Below, piece by piece: positions 26,424 to 42,687 of a stretch of DNA of 64,000 nucleotides. The position numbers were made by a program, and so were the translations under genes. Each line of letters begins with the position of its first letter. The stretch's first letter is position 1. Source of the stretch: Escherichia coli (GTDB lineage: Bacteria > Pseudomonadota > Gammaproteobacteria > Enterobacterales > Enterobacteriaceae). Under the pieces are notes generated by a model. That model searched no databases. It was given only the letters and a program-made list of their open reading frames with translations, and had not been told where the DNA came from. The stretch is from assembly GCF_009931435.1 (NCBI RefSeq), contig NZ_CP043414.1; one strand, given 5' to 3'.

Positions 26424-27470
26424 ATGACTGCACCATCCCAGGTATTAAAGATCCGCCGCCCAGACGACTGGCACCTTCACCTCCGCGATGGCGACATGTT
26501 AAAAACTGTCGTGCCTTATACCAGCGAAATATATGGACGGGCTATCGTAATGCCCAATCTGGCTCCGCCCGTGACCACCGTTGAGGCTGCCGAGGCGTAT
26601 CGCCAGCGCATTCTTGACGCCGTACCTGCCGGGCACGATTTCACCCCGCTGATGACCTGTTATTTAACAGATTCGCTGGATCCTAATGAGCTGGAACGTG
26701 GATTTAACGAAGGCGTGTTCACCGCTGCAAAACTTTACCCCGCAAACGCAACAACTAACTCCAGCCACGGCGTGACGTCGGTTGACGCAATCATGCCGGT
26801 ACTTGAGCGCATGGAAAAAATCGGTATGCCGCTACTGGTGCATGGTGAAGTGACACATGCAGATATTGACATTTTTGATCGTGAAGCGCGCTTTATTGAA
26901 AGCGTGATGGAACCGCTGCGCCAGCGCCTGACCGCGCTGAAAGTCGTTTTTGAGCACATCACCACCAAAGATGCTGCCGACTATGTCCGTAACGGAAATG
27001 AACGGCTGGCTGCCACCATCACTCCGCAGCATCTGATGTTTAACCGCAACCATATGCTGGTTGGTGGCGTGCGTCCACACCTGTATTGTCTACCCATCCT
27101 CAAACGCAATATTCACCAACAGGCACTGCGTGAACTGGTCGCCAGCGGTTTTAATCGCGTATTCCTCGGTACGGATTCTGCGCCGCATGCACGTCATCGC
27201 AAAGAGAGCAGCTGCGGCTGCGCGGGCTGCTTCAACGCCCCAACCGCGCTGGGCAGTTACGCTACCGTCTTTGAAGAGATGAATGCTCTGCAGCACTTTG
27301 AAGCATTCTGTTCTGTAAACGGCCCACAGTTCTATGGCTTGCCGGTCAACGACACATTCATCGAACTGGTCCGCGAAGAGCAACAGGTTGCTGAAAGCAT
27401 CGCATTGACTGATGACACACTGGTGCCATTCCTCGCCGGGGAAACGGTACGCTGGTCCGTTAAACAATAA
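26424..27470 (+). CDS. pyrC: dihydroorotase
   Basis: 348-aa [49 protein letters not shown]... Confidence 0.96.
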   Translation: MTAPSQVLKIRRPDDWHLHLRDGDMLKTVVPYTSEIYGRAIVMPNLAPPVTTVEAAEAYRQRILDAVPAGHDFTPLMTCYLTDSLDPNELERGFNEGVFTAAKLYPANATTNSSHGVTSVDAIMPVLERMEKIGMPLLVHGEVTHADIDIFDREARFIESVMEPLRQRLTALKVVFEHITTKDAADYVRNGNERLAATITPQHLMFNRNHMLVGGVRPHLYCLPILKRNIHQQALRELVASGFNRVFLGTDSAPHARHRKESSCGCAGCFNAPTALGSYATVFEEMNALQHFEAFCSVNGPQFYGLPVNDTFIELVREEQQVAESIALTDDTLVPFLAGETVRWSVKQ

Positions 27471-27504
27471 AAATCGTAGCTTCCTGTTGTCATTAGGTTA
27501 TTTT

Positions 27505-27524
27505 AACTGTATAAATAACCAGTA
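27505..27524. promoter_or_regulatory. LexA (SOS) box upstream of dinI
   Basis: aaCTGTataaataacCAGta, CTG-N10-CAG, about 20 nt upstream of the dinI ATG. Confidence 0.75.
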
Positions 27525-27543
27525 TATTCAACAGGGGGCTATT

Positions 27544-27789
27544 ATGCGAATTGAAGTCACCATAGCGAAAACTTCTCCATTGCCAGCTGGGGCTATTGAC
27601 GCCCTGGCTGGCGAACTTTCCCGCCGTATTCAGTATGCGTTTCCTGATAATGAAGGCCACGTATCGGTACGTTATGCCGCAGCGAATAATTTATCGGTTA
27701 TTGGCGCAACAAAAGAAGATAAACAGCGCATTAGCGAAATTCTCCAGGAAACGTGGGAAAGCGCCGATGACTGGTTTGTCAGCGAATAA
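27544..27789 (+). CDS. dinI: DNA damage-inducible protein I
   Basis: Track ORF trimmed to ATG at 27544 (MRIEVTIAKTSPLPAGAIDALAGELSRRIQYAFPDNEGHVSVRYAAANNLSV...), 81 aa. Confidence 0.93.
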   Translation: MRIEVTIAKTSPLPAGAIDALAGELSRRIQYAFPDNEGHVSVRYAAANNLSVIGATKEDKQRISEILQETWESADDWFVSE

Positions 27790-27810
27790 TATGCAGTGAT
27801 TTTTGTTTTT

Positions 27811-27838
27811 GCCGGGTCGCCCCGGCTTTTTTATTTTA
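27811..27838 (+). terminator. intrinsic terminator after dinI
   Basis: gccggg-tcgc-cccggc followed by ttttttatttt. Confidence 0.75.
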
Positions 27839-28078
27839 CTTACGAATTTCGAGTACAAAATTTCTACACTTCCTCAAAATAATTGCACAATATGCTAAAA
27901 AAATATGAATGACATGCTGTTTTATTGTTCATATAAATCTTAAAAGCAAAAATTTATCTGTTCCCCCCTTTAAAAATTCGGTGAATACCCTTACTTATTG
28001 GTATACTGAAGTTGCTTCAGATAAAAACGCATTGAACCTCGAATAACGTTGTCTAGTAACACGAATTAGGGGGCCATG

Positions 28079-28333
28079 ATGGAAAAAAATAATGAAGTCA
28101 TTCAGACTCATCCGCTCGTAGGGTGGGACATCAGCACCGTTGATAGCTATGATGCGCTGATGTTGCGTTTGCACTACCAGACCCCAAATAAGTCCGAGCA
28201 GGAAGGGACTGAAGTTGGTCAGACGCTCTGGTTAACCACTGATGTTGCCAGACAATTTATTTCGATATTAGAAGCAGGAATCGCCAAAATTGAATCCGGT
28301 GATTTCCCGGTAAACGAGTATCGGCGTCATTAA
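28079..28333 (+). CDS. bssS: biofilm regulator BssS (YceP)
   Basis: ORF (M)MEKNNEVIQTHPLVGWDISTVDSYDALMLRLHYQTPNKSEQ...; tandem ATG at 28076/28079, the second chosen to give 84 aa. Confidence 0.88.
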   Translation: MEKNNEVIQTHPLVGWDISTVDSYDALMLRLHYQTPNKSEQEGTEVGQTLWLTTDVARQFISILEAGIAKIESGDFPVNEYRRH

Positions 28334-28447
28334 CATGACATGACCATCCACCCAAAAGGCACCTCACTGGTGCCTTTACCATTTCTGGGTTGTATATCTG
28401 CATTCAGTTAATTACTCTGCTTAAACCATGAGAGCAGAGAGAAAAAA

Positions 28448-29566
28448 ATGAAATACGATCTCATCATTATTGGCAGCGGTTCCGTAGGCGCTGCCGCCGG
28501 GTATTATGCAACCCGTGCCGGTTTAAACGTGCTAATGACCGACGCCCATATGCCACCGCATCAACACGGCAGCCACCACGGCGATACGCGATTAATTCGC
28601 CATGCTTATGGTGAAGGCGAAAAGTATGTCCCGCTGGTCCTCCGCGCGCAAACGCTGTGGGATGAACTCTCCCGCCACAACGAAGAAGATCCCATTTTTG
28701 TACGCTCGGGTGTCATTAACCTTGGCCCGGCTGATTCCGCATTTCTCGCCAACGTCGCCCACAGCGCTGAACAGTGGCAACTCAACGTTGAAAAGCTCGA
28801 TGCGCAAGGGATTATGGCACGCTGGCCAGAAATACGCGTCCCGGACAACTACATCGGCTTATTTGAGACTGATTCCGGCTTTTTACGCAGCGAACTGGCG
28901 ATTAAAACCTGGATCCAACTGGCGAAGGAAGCGGGTTGTGCGCAGTTGTTCAACTGCCCGGTCACCGCAATTCGTCATGACGATGATGGCGTAATTATTG
29001 AAACGGCTGACGGTGAGTATCAGGCGAAAAAAGCGATCGTCTGCGCGGGAACATGGGTAAAAGATCTGCTCCCGGAACTGCCTGTCCAGCCCGTACGCAA
29101 AGTATTTGCCTGGTATCAGGCCGATGGTCGCTATAGCGTGAAGAATAAATTCCCGGCGTTTACCGGTGAACTGCCCAATGGCGATCAATATTATGGTTTT
29201 CCGGCAGAAAACGACGCGTTGAAGATTGGCAAACATAACGGAGGCCAGGTTATCCATTCAGCGGATGAACGTGTTCCGTTTGCGGAAGTCGTCAGCGATG
29301 GCTCGGAAGCCTTCCCGTTCTTGCGCAATGTGTTGCCGGGTATCGGTTGCTGCCTGTACGGCGCTGCCTGCACCTATGATAATTCGCCTGACGAAGATTT
29401 TATTATCGATACTCTACCCGGCCACGATAATACACTGCTCATTACCGGCCTGAGCGGGCACGGTTTTAAATTTGCGTCAGTTTTAGGGGAAATAGCTGCC
29501 GATTTTGCGCAAGACAAAAAAAGCGATTTTGATTTGACGCCATTCAGGCTTTCCCGCTTCCAATAA
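28448..29566 (+). CDS. solA: N-methyl-L-tryptophan oxidase
   Basis: 372-aa [51 protein letters not shown]... (FAD-binding GSGSVG). Confidence 0.95.
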
Positions 29567-29576
29567 TCATCATTAC

Positions 29577-29600
29577 GGCCTCCAGAATGAGGCCGTTTTT
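29577..29600 (+). terminator. intrinsic terminator after solA
   Basis: cggcctc-cagaatg-aggccg followed by ttttt. Confidence 0.6.
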
Positions 29601-29727
29601 ACAGGAGTATTTAATGCGTCGGCTGTTGCACTATCTCATCAATAATATTCGCGAGCATCTGATGCTTTATCTTTTTCTCTGGGGACTGTTGGCAATTATG
29701 GACCTGATCTACGTGTTTTATTTTTAG
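29587..29727 (+). CDS. yceO: small membrane protein YceO (46 aa if ATG 29587; 37 aa if ATG 29614)
   Basis: Manual translation: (MRPFLQEYL)[37 protein letters not shown]. The internal ATG at 29614 has an AGGAG Shine-Dalgarno 7 nt upstream; the upstream ATG lies inside the solA terminator hairpin. Below the ORF-track size cut-off. Confidence 0.6.
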
Positions 29728-29988
29728 TTTTTCCGCACTGACATAAACTGACAAATATTTAATCTCCCTTTCATTTAGCGTGAAAAATTGAATGAGATTC
29801 TTCCTACCTCTACAGCACTCACCAGACCTTCCAGATGCTGAACCCACTAAACTTATGAAGATTCTTTCATTATTAATTCAAAATTATTGAAATAAAAATA
29901 AATATCATTCAATTTGTTATTTTTGTGTTGCAATTCATTCTCCGACACGCCATTTTCTTTCTCTCGCAAATTCGTTTTGGATGCACTT

Positions 29989-30555
29989 ATGTCATTCACA
30001 AATACCCCTGAACGCTATGGTGTTATATCTGCGGCCTTCCATTGGCTAAGCGCAATTATTGTCTATGGCATGTTTGCTTTAGGTCTGTGGATGGTCACGC
30101 TCAGTTATTACGATGGCTGGTACCACAAAGCACCCGAATTGCATAAAAGCATCGGCATTTTGTTAATGATGGGGCTGGTTATTCGCGTTCTTTGGCGTGT
30201 CATATCTCCACCGCCGGGTCCGCTGCAAAGTTATTCGCCCATGACTCGTGTTGGCGCAAAGGCTGGACATCTTGCATTGTACCTATTGCTCTTTGCCATC
30301 GGCATCAGCGGCTATCTGATCTCCACTGCCGATGGTAAACCGATCAGCGTTTTTGGCTGGTTTGACGTCCCCGCGACCCTTGCCGATGCAGGCGCACAGG
30401 CTGACTTTGCCGGTGCCCTGCATTTTTGGCTCGCGTGGAGCGTCGTAGTACTGTCCGTTATGCACGGATTTATGGCCCTGAAGCATCATTTCATCGATAA
30501 GGACGACACTCTGAAGCGCATGCTGGGAAAGTCGTCATCTGACTATGGAGTATAA
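29989..30555 (+). CDS. yceJ: cytochrome b561-family protein YceJ
   Basis: Track ORF trimmed to ATG at 29989 (MSFTNTPERYGVISAAFHWLSAIIVYGMFALGLWMV...), 188 aa. Confidence 0.9.
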   Translation: MSFTNTPERYGVISAAFHWLSAIIVYGMFALGLWMVTLSYYDGWYHKAPELHKSIGILLMMGLVIRVLWRVISPPPGPLQSYSPMTRVGAKAGHLALYLLLFAIGISGYLISTADGKPISVFGWFDVPATLADAGAQADFAGALHFWLAWSVVVLSVMHGFMALKHHFIDKDDTLKRMLGKSSSDYGV

Positions 30556-30558
30556 AAA

Positions 30559-31134
30559 ATGAAAAAAAGCCTGCTTGGTTTAACCTTCGCTTCCTTGATG
30601 TTCTCTGCGGGTTCAGCGGTTGCCGCCGATTACAAAATTGACAAAGAAGGTCAGCACGCCTTTGTTAACTTCCGCATCCAGCATCTTGGCTATAGCTGGT
30701 TATATGGCACCTTTAAAGATTTCGACGGTACTTTTACCTTTGATGAAAAAAATCCCGCTGCTGATAAAGTGAATGTGACAATTAACACCACCAGCGTCGA
30801 TACTAATCACGCCGAACGCGATAAACATCTTCGCAGTGCAGATTTCCTCAATACCGCAAAATATCCACAGGCAACATTCACCTCCACCAGCGTGAAGAAA
30901 GACGGTGACGAACTGGATATTACCGGCGATCTGACGCTGAACGGGGTCACCAAACCCGTCACGCTGGAAGCGAAATTAATTGGTCAGGGCGACGACCCGT
31001 GGGGCGGTAAACGTGCAGGCTTTGAGGCCGAAGGCAAAATTAAGCTCAAAGACTTCAATATCAAGACAGATTTAGGTCCAGCTTCTCAGGAAGTGGACCT
31101 GATTATTTCAGTGGAAGGCGTACAGCAGAAGTAA
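30559..31134 (+). CDS. yceI: periplasmic YceI-family protein
   Basis: 191-aa [49 protein letters not shown]... Confidence 0.93.
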
Positions 31135-31146
31135 GCGTGAAATGTT

Positions 31147-31170
31147 GCCGGATGACACGCATCCGGCAAT
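31147..31170. repeat. REP palindromic unit
   Basis: gccggatgacacgcatccggc between convergent yceI and yceA. Confidence 0.75.
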
Positions 31171-31175
31171 GATAT

Positions 31176-32228
31176 TTATTCTGTTGGATCAGGAATGCCC
31201 AGTGTTGTATTCAGACGTCCACGAGACTTATTAAAGATCTTATTGCCATTTTCACGTCCTGCCCGACGGCGTCGCTGTTCTTCTGGCGGTAACGCGCTTT
31301 CTTCGCAGCAAATCTCACTGCAACAACCTTTGTATTTTTCTGCACATACTGGACACTGAATAAACAGCAGGTGGCAGCCATCATTTTTACAGTTGGTATG
31401 GCTGTCGCACGGCGCACCGCACTGGTGGCAATGCGCGATAATCTCATCAGATATACGTTCGCCCATCCGCTCGTCAAACACAAAATTTTTGCCAATAAAA
31501 CGCACCGGTAAGCCCTGCTCGCGCGCCTTACGGGCGTATTCAATAATTCCGCCTTCGATATGCCAGACTTTATTGAATCCGTTATGTTTCATCCAGGCAC
31601 TGGCCTTTTCACAACGAATGCCGCCGGTGCAGTACATAACGATTTTTTTATCTTTATGTTCCTGCATCATCTCGACTGCTTTTGGCAGCTGCTCACGGAA
31701 GGTATCTGCCGGAATTTCCAGCGCGTTTTCAAAGTGCCCCACTTCATACTCATAATGATTACGCATGTCGATAAACAGAGCATCGGGATCGTCAAGCATG
31801 GCGTTCACTTCTGCCGCTTGCAGATACTCACCAACATTGCTGGCATCAAAGTGAGGATCGTCAATACCGTCGGCTACGATGCGATCGCGCACCTTCATGC
31901 GCAGTACCCAGAAGGATTTCCCGTCATCATCCAACGCGATGTTCAGGCGTAAGCCATCTAAAGCCGGGTCGAAGCCGTATAGCTGTGCGCGAAATGTTTC
32001 AACATTGCTCGCAGGTACACTGACTTGCGCGTTAATCCCCTCATGCGCCAGATACACTCGCCCAAAAATATTCAGCGCGGTAAACAGCTGATATAAAGCG
32101 TCACGGGTCGCTTTCGGATCGGCGATGTGGAAATACTTATAAAACGAAATGGTGGTGCGCGGTTCACGCTCAGCCAACATTTTGGCTTTCAGCGCGTCGT
32201 TGGAAATGCGGTTGTGTAACACTGGCAT
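31176..32228 (-). CDS. trhO: rhodanese-domain tRNA uridine(34) hydroxylase YceA (TrhO)
   Basis: Track ORF trimmed to ATG at 32226-32228 ([24 protein letters not shown]...), 350 aa; rhodanese Cys motif CTGGIRC and C-terminal Cys-rich region. Confidence 0.9.
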   Translation of the reverse strand: MPVLHNRISNDALKAKMLAEREPRTTISFYKYFHIADPKATRDALYQLFTALNIFGRVYLAHEGINAQVSVPASNVETFRAQLYGFDPALDGLRLNIALDDDGKSFWVLRMKVRDRIVADGIDDPHFDASNVGEYLQAAEVNAMLDDPDALFIDMRNHYEYEVGHFENALEIPADTFREQLPKAVEMMQEHKDKKIVMYCTGGIRCEKASAWMKHNGFNKVWHIEGGIIEYARKAREQGLPVRFIGKNFVFDERMGERISDEIIAHCHQCGAPCDSHTNCKNDGCHLLFIQCPVCAEKYKGCCSEICCEESALPPEEQRRRRAGRENGNKIFNKSRGRLNTTLGIPDPTE

Positions 32229-32452
32229 GGTGTACGGTTCCTGCGAGATGGGAAAGTAAAAATCCGCGGCATGATATAGCAATTATCGATAATTAACATC
32301 CACACATTTTACGCTACATTTGCGCATTAAAAATTATTTATTATTTACAAGCGCGGTAATTTCGCCCAGTCTTCAGCCACAAATTTTGGTTGCGGGCGAA
32401 AAAATGCGACAATACATACAATTGCCCGAATAGGTTGAAAAACAGGATTGAT

Positions 32453-33373
32453 ATGACGAATCTACCCAAGTTCTCCACCGCACTGCTTCATCCGCGTTAT
32501 TGGTTAACCTGGTTGGGTATTGGCGTACTTTGGTTAGTCGTGCAATTGCCCTACCCGGTTATCTACCGCCTCGGTTGTGGATTAGGAAAACTGGCGTTAC
32601 GTTTTATGAAACGACGCGCAAAAATTGTGCATCGCAACCTGGAACTGTGCTTCCCGGAAATGAGCGAACAAGAACGCCGTGAAATGGTGGTGAAGAATTT
32701 CGAATCTGTTGGTATGGGGCTGATGGAAACCGGCATGGCGTGGTTCTGGCCAGACCGCCGGATCGCCCGCTGGACGGAAGTGATCGGCATGGAACACATT
32801 CGTGACGTGCAGGCGCAACAACGCGGCATCCTGTTAGTTGGCATCCATTTTCTGACTCTGGAGCTGGGTGCGCGGCAATTTGGTATGCAGGAACCCGGGA
32901 TTGGCGTTTACCGCCCGAACGATAACCCACTGATTGACTGGCTACAAACCTGGGGCCGTTTGCGCTCAAATAAATCGATGCTCGACCGCAAAGATTTAAA
33001 AGGCATGATTAAAGCCCTGAAAAAAGGCGAAGTGGTTTGGTACGCACCGGATCATGATTACGGCCCGCGCTCAAGCGTTTTCGTCCCGTTGTTTGCCGTT
33101 GAGCAGGCGGCGACCACCACCGGAACCTGGATGCTGGCGCGGATGTCCGGCGCATGTCTGGTGCCCTTCGTTCCACGCCGTAAGCCAGATGGCAAAGGGT
33201 ATCAGTTGATTATGCTACCGCCAGAGTGTTCTCCGCCGCTGGATGATGCCGAAACCACCGCCGCGTGGATGAACAAAGTGGTCGAAAAATGCATCATGAT
33301 GGCACCAGAGCAGTATATGTGGTTACACCGTCGCTTTAAAACACGTCCGGAAGGCGTTCCTTCACGCTATTAG
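32453..33373 (+). CDS. lpxL: lipid A biosynthesis lauroyltransferase LpxL (HtrB)
   Basis: Track ORF trimmed to ATG at 32453 ([30 protein letters not shown]...), 306 aa. Confidence 0.93.
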   Translation: MTNLPKFSTALLHPRYWLTWLGIGVLWLVVQLPYPVIYRLGCGLGKLALRFMKRRAKIVHRNLELCFPEMSEQERREMVVKNFESVGMGLMETGMAWFWPDRRIARWTEVIGMEHIRDVQAQQRGILLVGIHFLTLELGARQFGMQEPGIGVYRPNDNPLIDWLQTWGRLRSNKSMLDRKDLKGMIKALKKGEVVWYAPDHDYGPRSSVFVPLFAVEQAATTTGTWMLARMSGACLVPFVPRRKPDGKGYQLIMLPPECSPPLDDAETTAAWMNKVVEKCIMMAPEQYMWLHRRFKTRPEGVPSRY

Positions 33374-33382
33374 ATCTCCCAT

Positions 33383-33410
33383 GCCGGATGCTTCAAAATG
33401 GCATCCGGCA
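33383..33410. repeat. REP palindromic unit
   Basis: gccggatgcttcaaaatggcatccggc downstream of lpxL. Confidence 0.75.
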
Positions 33411-33544
33411 TTCCCACAGCAAATCCTCCTGATTTAGCGATAAAAGCTCTCTGGATTGCGCCCCCTGGAAGTCGGGCGCATAATTAGTGTGCTTATCTTT
33501 TCTTCTTATGTTCACCGCGCCTGGCGCACCAACAGCGGATTGCT

Positions 33545-34771
33545 ATGTCACCCTGTGAAAATGACACCCCTATAAACTGGAAACGAAACCTGATCGTCGC
33601 CTGGCTAGGCTGTTTTCTTACCGGTGCCGCCTTCAGCCTGGTAATGCCCTTCTTACCCCTCTACGTTGAGCAGCTTGGCGTTACCGGCCACTCCGCCCTG
33701 AATATGTGGTCCGGTATTGTCTTCAGCATTACATTTTTATTTTCGGCCATCGCCTCACCGTTTTGGGGTGGACTCGCCGACCGTAAAGGCCGAAAACTCA
33801 TGCTATTACGCTCTGCCCTCGGCATGGGCATCGTGATGGTGTTGATGGGGCTGGCACAAAATATCTGGCAGTTTTTGATCCTGCGGGCGCTTCTTGGTTT
33901 ACTTGGCGGATTTGTCCCCAACGCTAATGCTCTTATCGCCACACAAGTACCGCGTAATAAAAGCGGCTGGGCGCTGGGTACGCTCTCCACAGGCGGCGTT
34001 AGCGGTGCGTTGCTCGGCCCAATGGCTGGCGGTTTGCTTGCCGATAGCTACGGCTTACGTCCGGTATTCTTTATTACCGCCAGTGTGCTGATACTTTGCT
34101 TTTTCGTCACCCTGTTTTGCATCCGAGAAAAATTCCAGCCAGTCAGCAAAAAAGAGATGCTGCATATGCGGGAAGTGGTGACATCACTTAAAAACCCGAA
34201 ACTGGTACTCAGCCTGTTTGTCACCACGTTAATCATCCAGGTGGCGACGGGTTCAATTGCCCCTATTCTGACGCTGTATGTCCGCGAACTGGCGGGTAAC
34301 GTCAGTAATGTCGCCTTTATCAGCGGCATGATCGCCTCGGTGCCTGGCGTGGCTGCTCTGCTGAGTGCACCACGACTCGGCAAACTTGGCGATCGAATCG
34401 GACCCGAAAAGATCCTGATTACAGCGTTGATCTTTTCTGTACTGCTGTTGATCCCAATGTCTTACGTTCAGACACCGTTACAACTTGGGATCTTACGCTT
34501 TTTGCTCGGTGCTGCCGATGGTGCACTACTCCCCGCCGTACAGACACTGTTGGTTTACAACTCGAGCAACCAAATCGCCGGGCGTATCTTCAGCTATAAC
34601 CAATCGTTTCGTGATATTGGCAACGTTACCGGGCCATTGATGGGAGCGGCGATTTCGGCGAACTACGGTTTCAGAGCGGTATTCCTCGTCACCGCTGGCG
34701 TAGTGTTATTCAACGCCGTCTATTCATGGAACAGTCTGCGCCGTCGTCGGATACCCCAGGTATCAAACTGA
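33545..34771 (+). CDS. mdtG: MFS multidrug efflux transporter MdtG
   Basis: 408-aa [48 protein letters not shown]... Confidence 0.93.
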
Positions 34772-34853
34772 TTTTTCGCCTTTCATACTTGCAATAGCGG
34801 AGAATCAGCTATCCTTTTCCCTGAAACCTCATCAACTCAAAGGGAGAATCGTG

Positions 34854-35228
34854 ATGACCATGTACGCAACGCTTGAAGAAGCCATTGACGCTGCACGCGA
34901 AGAATTTCTTGCAGACAACCCCGGCATCGACGCCGAAGACGCGAATGTGCAACAGTTCAATGCCCAAAAATACGTTTTGCAGGACGGCGACATCATGTGG
35001 CAAGTTGAGTTTTTTGCCGACGAAGGGGAAGAAGGTGAATGTTTACCCATGCTTAGCGGTGAAGCCGCGCAAAGTGTCTTTGACGGCGACTATGATGAGA
35101 TAGAGATCCGCCAGGAGTGGCAGGAAGAGAATACATTACATGAATGGGACGAGGGGGAATTTCAGCTTGAGCCACCGCTGGATACGGAAGAAGGACGGGC
35201 AGCGGCTGATGAGTGGGATGAACGCTAA
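34854..35228 (+). CDS. msyB: acidic protein MsyB
   Basis: ORF (M)MTMYATLEEAIDAAREEFLADNPGIDAEDANV...; ATG at 34854 chosen (124 aa); the track start is a GTG one codon upstream. Confidence 0.9.
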   Translation: MTMYATLEEAIDAAREEFLADNPGIDAEDANVQQFNAQKYVLQDGDIMWQVEFFADEGEEGECLPMLSGEAAQSVFDGDYDEIEIRQEWQEENTLHEWDEGEFQLEPPLDTEEGRAAADEWDER

Positions 35229-35456
35229 TTACTCATACGGGCCATGATGAATGTCGATCGGCAGCAGTAAAGTATCAAAAACCAGGGAGAATGGCAGATC
35301 AAGGATCGTGACATAACGCCAGGCGGAGTCACGCACATCCCATTGCACACCAGGATAATATTGGTTGCCATGCCCCTGCCCCGGTATAGTGCGACTAATA
35401 ATACTGCCGCAGCCACTCAACAAGGTCACCATAATACTGACCATGATGAAACGCAT
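35229..35456 (-). CDS. yceK: lipoprotein YceK
   Basis: 75-aa ORF MRFIMVSIMVTLLSGCGSIISRTIPGQGHGNQYYPGVQW... (lipobox LSGC); its stop abuts the msyB stop. Confidence 0.9.
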   Translation of the reverse strand: MRFIMVSIMVTLLSGCGSIISRTIPGQGHGNQYYPGVQWDVRDSAWRYVTILDLPFSLVFDTLLLPIDIHHGPYE

Positions 35457-35520
35457 TTGATACCTCTCCCGTAAAAAAATACCGGCATAACGCCGGTATT
35501 TTTATTGGCTCGTTGATTTT

Positions 35521-35618
35521 GCCGGATGCAGCGTGACCGCCTTGTCCGACCTACAAAATATTGCAAAATCAATACATCGTAGAACGTTGTAGGCCTGATA
35601 AGCGTAGCGCATCAGGCC
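35521..35618. repeat. REP/BIME palindromic units
   Basis: gccggatgcagcgtgaccgccttgtccgacctac ... gtaggcctgataagcgtagcgcatcaggcc downstream of opgH. Confidence 0.8.
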
Positions 35619-35626
35619 ACTACGTT

Positions 35627-39809
<4,183 letters not shown>

Positions 39810-40091
39810 TCAGCACGCTGGCTCATGGATTAAGCACCTGATTGCAACCGTTTTCACTTTCCGTGCTTCTCCTAAAGACAGAAGCATCGACTTCGTGTAG
39901 GGTTTGCCAGCAAATTTATTTATCAACCGTCTTACAGACGCTTCCATTCTGGTTAGTGGTAGCGATGATGCTATGCATAAAAACCTTGAAGCCTGCGTCT
40001 GGCGCGGTCAGGTCGGTGTCGCTATGGCAACAAGCCTAAAGGCATAACCCGACAGGGATAAGACGAAAAATCCGAGATTAGTTAACCATAT

Positions 40092-41249
40092 ATGAATCCA
40101 GTACCCGCGCAACGTGAATATTTCCTCGACTCCATCCGCGCCTGGCTGATGTTGTTAGGGATCCCTTTTCATATTTCTTTAATCTATTCGAGCCATACAT
40201 GGCATGTGAATAGCGCCGAACCGTCATTGTGGCTGACCCTTTTTAATGACTTCATCCACTCGTTCCGCATGCAGGTATTTTTCGTTATATCCGGGTACTT
40301 TTCTTACATGCTTTTTTTACGCTATCCCCTGAAAAAATGGTGGAAAGTACGTGTCGAACGTGTAGGGATCCCGATGTTAACAGCCATCCCCCTACTGACA
40401 TTGCCGCAATTTATTATGCTGCAATACGTCAAAGGGAAAGCGGAAAGTTGGCCTGGGCTGTCATTGTATGACAAATATAATACGTTGGCCTGGGAATTAA
40501 TATCACACCTGTGGTTTTTACTGGTGTTAGTGGTCATGACGACGCTGTGCGTATGGATATTTAAACGCATCAGAAATAATTTAGAAAATTCTGATAAAAC
40601 GAATAAAAAATTCTCGATGGTAAAATTATCGGTGATTTTTTTGTGCCTCGGCATCGGTTATGCGGTAATAAGAAGAACGATTTTTATTGTGTATCCACCC
40701 ATTCTGAGTAACGGCATGTTCAATTTTATTGTCATGCAAACGTTATTTTATTTGCCGTTCTTTATCCTCGGCGCACTGGCTTTCATTTTCCCTCATCTTA
40801 AAGCCTTGTTTACCACGCCGTCTCGTGGCTGTACCCTTGCAGCAGCATTGGCGTTTGTCGCTTATTTACTCAACCAGCGCTATGGCAGTGGCGATGCCTG
40901 GATGTACGAAACCGAGTCGGTGATCACCATGGTCCTCGGTCTGTGGATGGTGAATGTGGTCTTCTCCTTCGGCCACCGTTTGCTTAACTTCCAGTCAACG
41001 CGGGTAACTTACTTTGTTAACGCATCGCTATTTATCTATCTGGTTCACCACCCGTTAACGCTGTTTTTCGGCGCGTACATTACACCGCACATCACCTCCA
41101 ACTGGCTTGGTTTTCTCTGTGGCCTGATATTCGTAGTAGGGATTGCGATAATTCTGTATGAAATTCATTTACGCATCCCGTTACTGAAGTTTTTGTTCTC
41201 TGGTAAACCGGTTGTTAAGCGTGAGAACGATAAAGCACCAGCCCGTTAA
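40092..41249 (+). CDS. opgC: OPG succinyltransferase OpgC (MdoC), membrane acyltransferase family
   Basis: 385-aa [44 protein letters not shown]... Confidence 0.93.
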   Translation: MNPVPAQREYFLDSIRAWLMLLGIPFHISLIYSSHTWHVNSAEPSLWLTLFNDFIHSFRMQVFFVISGYFSYMLFLRYPLKKWWKVRVERVGIPMLTAIPLLTLPQFIMLQYVKGKAESWPGLSLYDKYNTLAWELISHLWFLLVLVVMTTLCVWIFKRIRNNLENSDKTNKKFSMVKLSVIFLCLGIGYAVIRRTIFIVYPPILSNGMFNFIVMQTLFYLPFFILGALAFIFPHLKALFTTPSRGCTLAAALAFVAYLLNQRYGSGDAWMYETESVITMVLGLWMVNVVFSFGHRLLNFQSTRVTYFVNASLFIYLVHHPLTLFFGAYITPHITSNWLGFLCGLIFVVGIAIILYEIHLRIPLLKFLFSGKPVVKRENDKAPAR

Positions 41250-41256
41250 GCCGCGT

Positions 41257-42687
41257 TTACAATAACCATTCCACAGGCAATATCGACGCCAGTCTGACCA
41301 TAACCCGCTTCCAGAAACTGGTAGCGGGTTCTTTTTTGAGAACAATTTCTTTCTTTGCATGACGATCAACCCAGTTGATCCGCCCCCACCTGTCCAGACG
41401 GAGCTGCCAGGCCGCATCATACTGGCTCTGAATAAAGCGTTTATCAATTAACTGTGCCAGCGTTTCGCTCTCTATCACGAACCCCATTTCAGTATTGAGC
41501 AATGTCGAACGTGGATCGAAATTGAAAGAGCCAATAAACACCGTTTTACCATCGATGCTAAAGGTTTTAGCATGCAGGCTGGCACCGGAATTACCGGTTA
41601 TGCCGCGATCGTGTAACGTACTACTTTGTTCACGCGTCGGCTTGAGTTCATATAACTCCACGCCGTAGCGGAGCAATTTTTTGCGCCAGCGCGCGTATCC
41701 GGCATGGACGACAGCAACATCGTTAGCGGCAAGAGAATTGGTTAGGATCGCAATCTTTACCCCTTTTCTCACCATCCGTAAGAGTTGCGCCACACCTGCG
41801 CGTGTCGGTACAAAATAGGAAGAGATAATATCGATGCGTTCACTGGGTGAGCCCATGATATCGAACAGGCGCTGCGGTAACAGTGAATGCCGTTTTGCCT
41901 TGCCTTCCCCTTTCGCCGGATCATCACTTAATAAACGTGTTTTCGCCCAGATAAGCGGCAACGTTCCATCAACCAGATGATTTATAAACGGGCTGGATTC
42001 CATTTTGCGTAAATAACGATGCGTCATGGCATCGTCATGCCAGGAGGCGGGTAACTCGATGCGATCCGCCATTTCACCTTCCGGGACATCCAGCACCTGC
42101 TGTAAGGGTGAAACCGATTTACAATACCAGTAGCGGGCGAAATCATCGGCAACGTCCTCTACAACTGGTCCTATTGCCATGACATCTAAATCCGAAAAAA
42201 GTGGCTCTTCCCCTGCACCAAAATAGGCATCACCAATATTTCGTCCCCCCACCAGAGTCACCACACCATCGACGGTGAAACTTTTATTGTGCATACGGCG
42301 ATTGAGACGGGAAAAGTCGGTGATATAACCAAGCGGACGTAGCAGTCGAAACGAAAAAGGATTAAAAAGCCGGACTTCAATGCGGGGATGACTGTCAAGC
42401 AAGCGTAAAATGTCGTCAAGTCCGGGTGTATTGTTGTCGTCCAGCAACAAACGGACGCGAACGCCACGCTTTGCTGCGGCTAACAGGGCGGAAAACAGTA
42501 ACCGACCCGACATATCGTCCTGCCAGATGTAATACTGAACATCCAGCGTATGCTCTGCCATTTCGGCCAGACGATACCGGGCGGCAAACGCATCCAGACT
42601 TTTCTCCAGAGGGAAAAGGCCACACTGACCGGGATGTTGCGAACACAGTGGCAGCACCGCGCTCGCCAGCCGGGGCAAATCATTCAT
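41257..42687 (-). CDS. clsC: cardiolipin synthase C ClsC (YmdC), two PLD/HKD domains
   Basis: Track ORF (496 aa) trimmed to ATG at 42685-42687 ([21 protein letters not shown]...), whose start overlaps the ymdB stop as ATGAATGA. Exact start uncertain by a few codons. Confidence 0.85.
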   Translation of the reverse strand: MNDLPRLASAVLPLCSQHPGQCGLFPLEKSLDAFAARYRLAEMAEHTLDVQYYIWQDDMSGRLLFSALLAAAKRGVRVRLLLDDNNTPGLDDILRLLDSHPRIEVRLFNPFSFRLLRPLGYITDFSRLNRRMHNKSFTVDGVVTLVGGRNIGDAYFGAGEEPLFSDLDVMAIGPVVEDVADDFARYWYCKSVSPLQQVLDVPEGEMADRIELPASWHDDAMTHRYLRKMESSPFINHLVDGTLPLIWAKTRLLSDDPAKGEGKAKRHSLLPQRLFDIMGSPSERIDIISSYFVPTRAGVAQLLRMVRKGVKIAILTNSLAANDVAVVHAGYARWRKKLLRYGVELYELKPTREQSSTLHDRGITGNSGASLHAKTFSIDGKTVFIGSFNFDPRSTLLNTEMGFVIESETLAQLIDKRFIQSQYDAAWQLRLDRWGRINWVDRHAKKEIVLKKEPATSFWKRVMVRLASILPVEWLL

